From contig CAWGLD010000001.1 in NCBI GenBank assembly GCA_963823335.1, positions 1,792,001 through 1,856,000 of the forward strand: a stretch of DNA of 64,000 bases. Reading direction: 5' to 3'. A program made the translations under genes and the position numbers. The notes under the pieces were generated by a model that saw only the letters and a list, made by a program, of their open reading frames with translations, did not search any database and was not told the DNA's origin. This stretch comes from an uncultured delta proteobacterium. Lineage in GTDB: Bacteria; Desulfobacterota; Desulfobacteria; Desulfobacterales; B30-G6. Positions 58,864-64,000 of the stretch are shown here, in pieces; positions within the stretch are counted from its first letter, which is position 1; every line of letters begins with the position of its first letter.

Positions 58864-60096
58864 TTAGATCTTTTCGATAGCCTGAATCCGTTTCAATACC
58901 GGCGGGTGGGAGTACTTGAGAAAGACATAAAAAGGATGCGGGAGGAGATTCGACAGATTGTGGACAGACAGCTTTTTGAGCGCTTGTATCATGGCTACGG
59001 GGTTTTGGGTGGCCGTCACTGCAAACCTGTCGGCCTGGTATTCGTTGGACCGGGAACGGATCTGCATCAGTATACCGATAAAAAACTCCAGGGGCGCGAA
59101 GAGCATCCCGAAAAAGACGAGTCCTGCATAGACAGAGATGTGATTCATAAAGAAGGCTTCAAACAGGCTCGGATAAGTGATCATAAAAGAGAGCAGGAAA
59201 AACATGAGACCGGTTTGAAGTATCCCCAACAGCATTCCCTGGAGGATGTGCTTTTTTTTATAATGCCCCATTTCGTGGGCCAGGACCGCCACCAGTTCCG
59301 GGACCGTGTGCTGCTGGATGAGTGTGTCAAAGAGGACGATACGTTTGTTTTTGCCAAACCCGGTAAAAAAGGCATTTGATTTGCGGGAACGTTTGGAGCC
59401 GTCCATGGTATAGACTTGTTTCAGCGGAAATTGAATGGACTCGGCACAGGACAGAATGGCCGATTTGAGTTCCCCTTCCTCCAGGAGTTTGAACTTGTTG
59501 AAAAGGGGCATAATCCAGGTAGGGGCAACATACTGAATCACGAGCATGTAGAGAACCACAACGGCCCAGCAGTACACCCATGCATGGCTGCCGGCATATT
59601 CGAAAAATGCCAGGATACCCGCCAGGAGAGGGGCGCCCAGCAGGATAGCCAGCACCAGCCCCTTTAGCAGATCGAGCAGGTAGATTTTCCAGGTGGTTCT
59701 GTTGAACCCGAATCGTTCCTCGATGACGAATGTGGCGTAAATCGAGAAGGGCTGTGATAACAGCGCGTAGAGAAACATCAAGGTTCCTGTGTACATCAGA
59801 CCGGTCAATACAGGGCCTTTTCCAAAGGAACGAACCCAACTGTCGATGGCGGGAAACCCACCCAGGAACCAGAAGAAAAGCATAGCCACAAGGTTGACCA
59901 CGCCGGTCACCCACCCGAATCGGGTGTTGACACGCAGGTAGTCCTGTGATTTTCGATACTGATCGGCATCGTACACCCCCTGGAAAGGCTCGGGCAGTTC
60001 TGCCTGCAGCCTTCTCAGGTTGAGTATGTCCGCAACGATGTTGACAACGACATCCAAGACGATGGCGGCGAGTATGATCAATGCGATGGTGTTCAA
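58864..60096 (-). CDS. M48 (STE24-like) metallopeptidase
   Basis: NAFFTG, HEMGH, EYQAD, SHPP..RI. Confidence 0.93.
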   Translation of the reverse strand: MNTIALIILAAIVLDVVVNIVADILNLRRLQAELPEPFQGVYDADQYRKSQDYLRVNTRFGWVTGVVNLVAMLFFWFLGGFPAIDSWVRSFGKGPVLTGLMYTGTLMFLYALLSQPFSIYATFVIEERFGFNRTTWKIYLLDLLKGLVLAILLGAPLLAGILAFFEYAGSHAWVYCWAVVVLYMLVIQYVAPTWIMPLFNKFKLLEEGELKSAILSCAESIQFPLKQVYTMDGSKRSRKSNAFFTGFGKNKRIVLFDTLIQQHTVPELVAVLAHEMGHYKKKHILQGMLLGILQTGLMFFLLSFMITYPSLFEAFFMNHISVYAGLVFFGMLFAPLEFFIGILMQIRSRSNEYQADRFAVTATQNPVAMIQALKKLSVHNLSNLLPHPFYVFLKYSHPPVLKRIQAIEKI

Positions 60097-60228
60097 TGGT
60101 TAGGACCCTTAGATTGGGGTATATACTTGGCTTAGGTAAAAATGTCCTGTGCTGATGCTCCAGGGGTCTCCTAACGCAAATGACACCCGCATGTCAAAGT
60201 TTTTTAACCTTTCAAGAGGTTTACTGAA

Positions 60229-60519
60229 ATGGAAAAAAACTATGTCGGTATTGAAAAGAGAGCGCACGCCCGGAAAAATTATCCCATGGATCACCGACCG
60301 ACCATCCGGATCGGTATTCAGGAGTTCGATGTCATCGATATTTCCGAAAGGGGCGTGCGATTCGTCAATGACAAGAAAATCATTCAGCAGGGATGGGTCA
60401 ACGGTACCATTATTTTCAGCGACAGGGTTCCCATCGATGTGGATGGTGTCATCGTCCGTGATGAAAATGGGGATATGGGTCTTCATCTGGTGGCCCCCAT
60501 TGACCCCAGTTTTGGCTGA
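60229..60519 (+). CDS. Stand-alone PilZ domain protein
   Basis: RAHAR (RxxxR) and DISERG (DxSxxG) motifs. Confidence 0.75.
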   Translation: MEKNYVGIEKRAHARKNYPMDHRPTIRIGIQEFDVIDISERGVRFVNDKKIIQQGWVNGTIIFSDRVPIDVDGVIVRDENGDMGLHLVAPIDPSFG

Positions 60520-60605
60520 GTCTCCACCCACGAGATGGTTGGTCTCAAGACGCCCCTTCGATGGGGGCTGAAATATCCAAATACATGCAGAAGAGAAAGG
60601 CATCC

Positions 60606-61295
60606 ATGCAAGCCAGCCGGGTACCAAGACGTGTGTTGTTGTTTGTCCGGGCACCGGAATTGGGCAGGGTCAAGACGCGCCTGGAAAAAAAGATGGATGC
60701 CGCCACGGTTTGTAGACTCTACCAATGCTTTGTTCAGGACATCATCGAAACCTTGACCTCCGGCGGGCATGATCTGATTGTCTTTTTTACACCCCCGCAC
60801 AGGGGACCGGCAGTCCAGGCCTGGCTGGGAGACACGGTCCTTTTCCAGGCACAGACAGGGAAAAGCCTGGGTGACAGGATGCGAAATGCATTTTCAGATG
60901 TCTTTGCCGGCGATGTGGATCAGGCCGTACTGATAGGGAGTGATTTGCCGGACCTCGACAACCGTATCATTGAAACGGCATTCGAATATCTGAAACAAAA
61001 GGATTCGGTTATCGGGCCGGCGGAAGATGGGGGTTATTACCTGATCGGGTTGCGCAAGAATGTGTTTGACAATGACCTGTTTTCAGGCATCGACTGGGGG
61101 ACGGGGTCTGTATTCAGACAAACCATGGGGAAAATTCATGATGCACGTTTAAGCTGCCATGTCCTTCCGTCCTGGCATGACATCGACACCCATGACGATC
61201 TGGTGGCCTTTTATCGGCGTGGCAAAGCCAATGGGCTCACCCACCTGAAAACCATGAAATTTTTAAAGCAGCTCGATCTGATAGGATTCCAATGA
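60606..61295 (+). CDS. DUF2064/TIGR04282-type glycosyltransferase-like protein
   Basis: GRVKTRL, LGDRM, IGSDLP, GPAEDGGYYLIG, DIDT. Confidence 0.88.
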   Translation: MQASRVPRRVLLFVRAPELGRVKTRLEKKMDAATVCRLYQCFVQDIIETLTSGGHDLIVFFTPPHRGPAVQAWLGDTVLFQAQTGKSLGDRMRNAFSDVFAGDVDQAVLIGSDLPDLDNRIIETAFEYLKQKDSVIGPAEDGGYYLIGLRKNVFDNDLFSGIDWGTGSVFRQTMGKIHDARLSCHVLPSWHDIDTHDDLVAFYRRGKANGLTHLKTMKFLKQLDLIGFQ

Positions 61296-62062
61296 AGCAA
61301 AACAGGTTGCAAACAACCCTTGCTTGCCTGGCGGTCTTGACCACGCTGTTGATAGATCCTCCGTGTCAAAGTATTGCCGAGACATTGCAAAAGGACATGG
61401 TTGTCGGTCTTTTTTCATCTCTGCAGCCCGGTACGGATCCCCCACCCGGCTGGGAACCCTTGGTGTTCAAGAAAATTGACCGGCACACGCAATATGAACT
61501 GGTGGCAGATGATGGTGTTGTGGTGGTGAGGGCTGTAAGCGCTGCCGCTGCATCGGGGTTGATTCGAAAGATTCAGATCGATCCCATGGAATACCCAATC
61601 GTGGAATGGCGATGGAAGGTGAGCAATACCCTGCAAAAGGGAGATGTCACTAAAAAGGAGGGGGACGACTATCCAGCTCGGATATACATCACTTTTGCCT
61701 ATGACCCGTCCAAGCTTTCCTTTGGCAACCGGGTCAAGTACAAGACCGCAAAACTGCTGTACGGCGAATACCCGCCCACGGCGGCCATCAACTACATCTG
61801 GGAAAACCGTTCAGCCATCGACATGATGGTTCCCAACCCCTATACCGACCGCGCCATGATGATTGCCGTTGAATCGGGAGATGAAAAGACCAACCGGTGG
61901 GTCAACCAGAAAAGGAATCTGCTGGAGGATTACCGCAATGCCTTTCATACAGACCCGCCTCCGATATCAGGCGTGGCCATCATGACGGACACCGACAATA
62001 CCGGAGAGGCGGCCACGGCATTTTATGGGGATATTGTTTTTAAACAACTTCATGAGAACTAA
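61292..62062 (+). CDS. DUF3047 family exported protein
   Basis: SAAAASG, WRWKV, GDDYPAR, YIW, IMTDTDNT. Confidence 0.85.
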   Translation: MKQNRLQTTLACLAVLTTLLIDPPCQSIAETLQKDMVVGLFSSLQPGTDPPPGWEPLVFKKIDRHTQYELVADDGVVVVRAVSAAAASGLIRKIQIDPMEYPIVEWRWKVSNTLQKGDVTKKEGDDYPARIYITFAYDPSKLSFGNRVKYKTAKLLYGEYPPTAAINYIWENRSAIDMMVPNPYTDRAMMIAVESGDEKTNRWVNQKRNLLEDYRNAFHTDPPPISGVAIMTDTDNTGEAATAFYGDIVFKQLHEN

Positions 62063-62090
62063 CGCGACAGAGACATATTCTTGAAACCCG

Positions 62091-62237
62091 ATGATATTCA
62101 GCCTTCGGCTGTCATATACACTTCGTGTGACATTCGTCCTTCGGACGTCATTAGCGCTTCGCGCGTAATTTATTGTTGCCGATAGCTGACAGCTACCCAC
62201 CAACCCTCGTATCACCCTTGTACCACCCTCCAACCCT
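62091..62237 (-). repeat. AATGAC / mini-hairpin array element (copy B) with attached GAGGGT tract
   Basis: Minus strand reads AAGGGTTGGAGGGTGG...GAGGGTTGGTGGG TAGCTGTCAGCTATCGGCAACAATA, then four 18-nt linker+hairpin units. Confidence 0.75.
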
Positions 62238-62939
62238 TTATTTATAGTACTTCACCAGCCGGTGAGGAGAGACCCCCATCAGATAAAGCACCATCAAGAC
62301 CCAGTTTCTGAGCGTAGCGTAGACCATCCCCTCTTTTTCCCAGCGGCGCGGGTCTGTTTGAACCCGCTTGCCGATAATTTGGATGACATCACCACGCTTT
62401 TTGATGCGTCGCATGATGTCCACGTCTTCCATGATGGGTATCATGCTGAATCCGCCGATCATGTGGAAATAGTCTTTGCGCAGAAAAATGGCCTGGTCCC
62501 CATAGGGCAGACGGGTGATCCGGGATCGGGCCGTGGCGATCTTTTCGATGATTCGATAACCCCATTTGGAGGAACGGATACCGAGATCGAAGGCGCCTCC
62601 GACGATATGGTCGTTTTGCAATGTTAACAATATCGCCTCGAGTGCTCTCTCCGGCAGCAGGGTGTCGGCATGTAGAAACAGCAGGATGGGTCCCGAGGCC
62701 AGTTTCGCGCCCCTGTTCATCTGGAGGCCGCGGCCCTTGCCGGCAATCTCGGTCTTGAGTTGCCAACGAGACGCGTTTTCAAAATGGATGGCTTCGAGGG
62801 TCGTGCCGTCTGGATCGGCATCCACAACCACGATTTCTATTGTTTTCCCGCTGGAATGATTATCAAGACAGCCAAGCGTGGTTTGGATAACCCCGGGTTC
62901 GTTCAAAACAGGTATGATAATCGAGATGTCGGGCTTCAT
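62238..62939 (-). CDS. TIGR04283-type GT2 glycosyltransferase
   Basis: ISIIIPVLNE, QMNRGA, FLHADT, YGDQAIF, MED, RRW. Confidence 0.9.
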   Translation of the reverse strand: MKPDISIIIPVLNEPGVIQTTLGCLDNHSSGKTIEIVVVDADPDGTTLEAIHFENASRWQLKTEIAGKGRGLQMNRGAKLASGPILLFLHADTLLPERALEAILLTLQNDHIVGGAFDLGIRSSKWGYRIIEKIATARSRITRLPYGDQAIFLRKDYFHMIGGFSMIPIMEDVDIMRRIKKRGDVIQIIGKRVQTDPRRWEKEGMVYATLRNWVLMVLYLMGVSPHRLVKYYK

Positions 62940-62969
62940 GGTTTTTTCCCAACAGGGTTCGAGAGACAT

Positions 62970-63098
62970 TTGATTGTTCTACAAACCGCGTGCTTGGCAC
63001 GCGGTTCCGAACCTGAACTTACGGAGACATGCCGTCTCCTTTGTTTTTCCCCATTTTGGGGGAAATCCAAGCCACCCGTTTCACGGGTGGTAGCTGAC
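62970..63098. mobile_element. Family A element
   Basis: 129 bp, near-identical to 38828-38956. Confidence 0.75.
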
Positions 63099-63431
63099 TG
63101 ATGGCAATGGAACAATGGATTCTCGCATGGAGACCGTTAGATTAAAATACATGCTTTTCAGGTGTGGGTCAATCTCTTGGACAGACATGACTGTTTGCTT
63201 TATCTGGGGGTAGCCACGCCTTTTTTATTTTAGGGAATCCGCACCACAATTCATAGGGAAGTCATTGCCTATATTAAAAGGGAAGAAAAAATTCGAGTTC
63301 GTAACTATTTGAAACAATTGAGTTTGAAAAAAAAATGGCTATGTCGCATGGATTTTGCATGACAAATTACACGAATGACCATAAATGATCTGCTGCGACA
63401 GGTATTGCATATAAGGGGGTTGAATATACCA

Positions 63432-63581
63432 ATGAAAGAAAGCTTTTTCGGTAACGGTGATCGGCGTTCCGGGGTAGACAGACGTGTTTTTTCCTATGCC
63501 GTCCATATCCCTGAAAGAAGAATGGCCGTGGATCGGAGGCTTGGTATGGATCGGCGGGAACACCCAAGAGAACACGAATAA
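63432..63581 (+). CDS. Small Arg-rich protein with repeated (D/E)RR motifs
   Basis: 49 aa, DRRSGVDRR...ERRMAVDRRLGMDRR; purine-rich RBS upstream. Confidence 0.65.
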   Translation: MKESFFGNGDRRSGVDRRVFSYAVHIPERRMAVDRRLGMDRREHPREHE

Positions 63582-63927
63582 TCAATTTCCCTTAAATGGG
63601 GTTCAAAAGAGGGCGGATAGAGAAAATCTATTGGCCCTCTTTTTTTGGAGGACGGGTCTGTTTTTATGGACAGGATATGGATATGTCCCGGGTATCGCAC
63701 TTCTGGCACGTCTATCTTTACTGTACCGTTAGCGGGACGGCGTCTTCCTTTGTGTTGCAGCAACCTCGACAATCGCTCAATTTATTATTTCCGGCTCTTT
63801 GAACCCTATATATCGATCAACGCTAGTGGATAGGATCCAGCGTAAAAAAGCCCAGTTTTACGAGAATTCCAAACACAAAAGAGAGTGACACCGTCGCGTT
63901 TGATAAAATCGTGTAACGATTTTATTT

Positions 63928-64000
63928 TTATATGGAGTTCAAGAGTTTTTCGATTTCTTTTTCGGTGAGATGACGCCAGGCGCCTTCAGGCAGATCCCCG
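63928..64000 (-). CDS. rRNA pseudouridine synthase (RsuA/RluB family), C-terminal fragment
   Basis: GDLPEGAWRHLTEKEIEKLLNSI* fits the family C-terminal motif. Confidence 0.7.
   Translation of the reverse strand, partial: GDLPEGAWRHLTEKEIEKLLNSI

Overview
Bacterial chromosomal window. Gene content and order suggest an anaerobic deltaproteobacterium of the Desulfobacterales type (inference). It holds about 55 mostly housekeeping, metabolic and signalling CDS: fadN plus a thiolase, HU and IHF, a giant GlmS-like protein, metG, holB, lptD, surE, tmk, a cysteine synthase-CysRS fusion, a hybrid kinase/HD-GYP/REC-MBL cluster, rnj, ftsK, mgtE, HMG-CoA lyase, a 2-oxoacid oxidoreductase operon with a GltD-like/delta fusion, an NMT1-type ABC transporter, argF, a GGDEF protein, an FMN glutamate-synthase-family gene with an ANTAR-type leader, and a probable UxxC selenoprotein. 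I found no rRNA, tRNA, CRISPR array or transposase. The most unusual signal is intergenic. (1) A dispersed element made of 18-nt units, each a constant AATGAC linker plus a variable but self-complementary 4-bp mini-hairpin with a GNA loop, shows compensatory changes between copies; two copies are joined to GGG-rich repeats, one of them a roughly 0.5-kb tandem amplification. (2) Two families of non-autonomous hairpin elements resemble IS200/IS605 ends, one carrying a nested 26-bp module. (3) There is a 198-nt rod-like hairpin. (4) An ATAAAATCG-N5/6-CGATTTTAT palindrome recurs five times. All calls come from reading the sequence and motifs by eye; no database searches were run.
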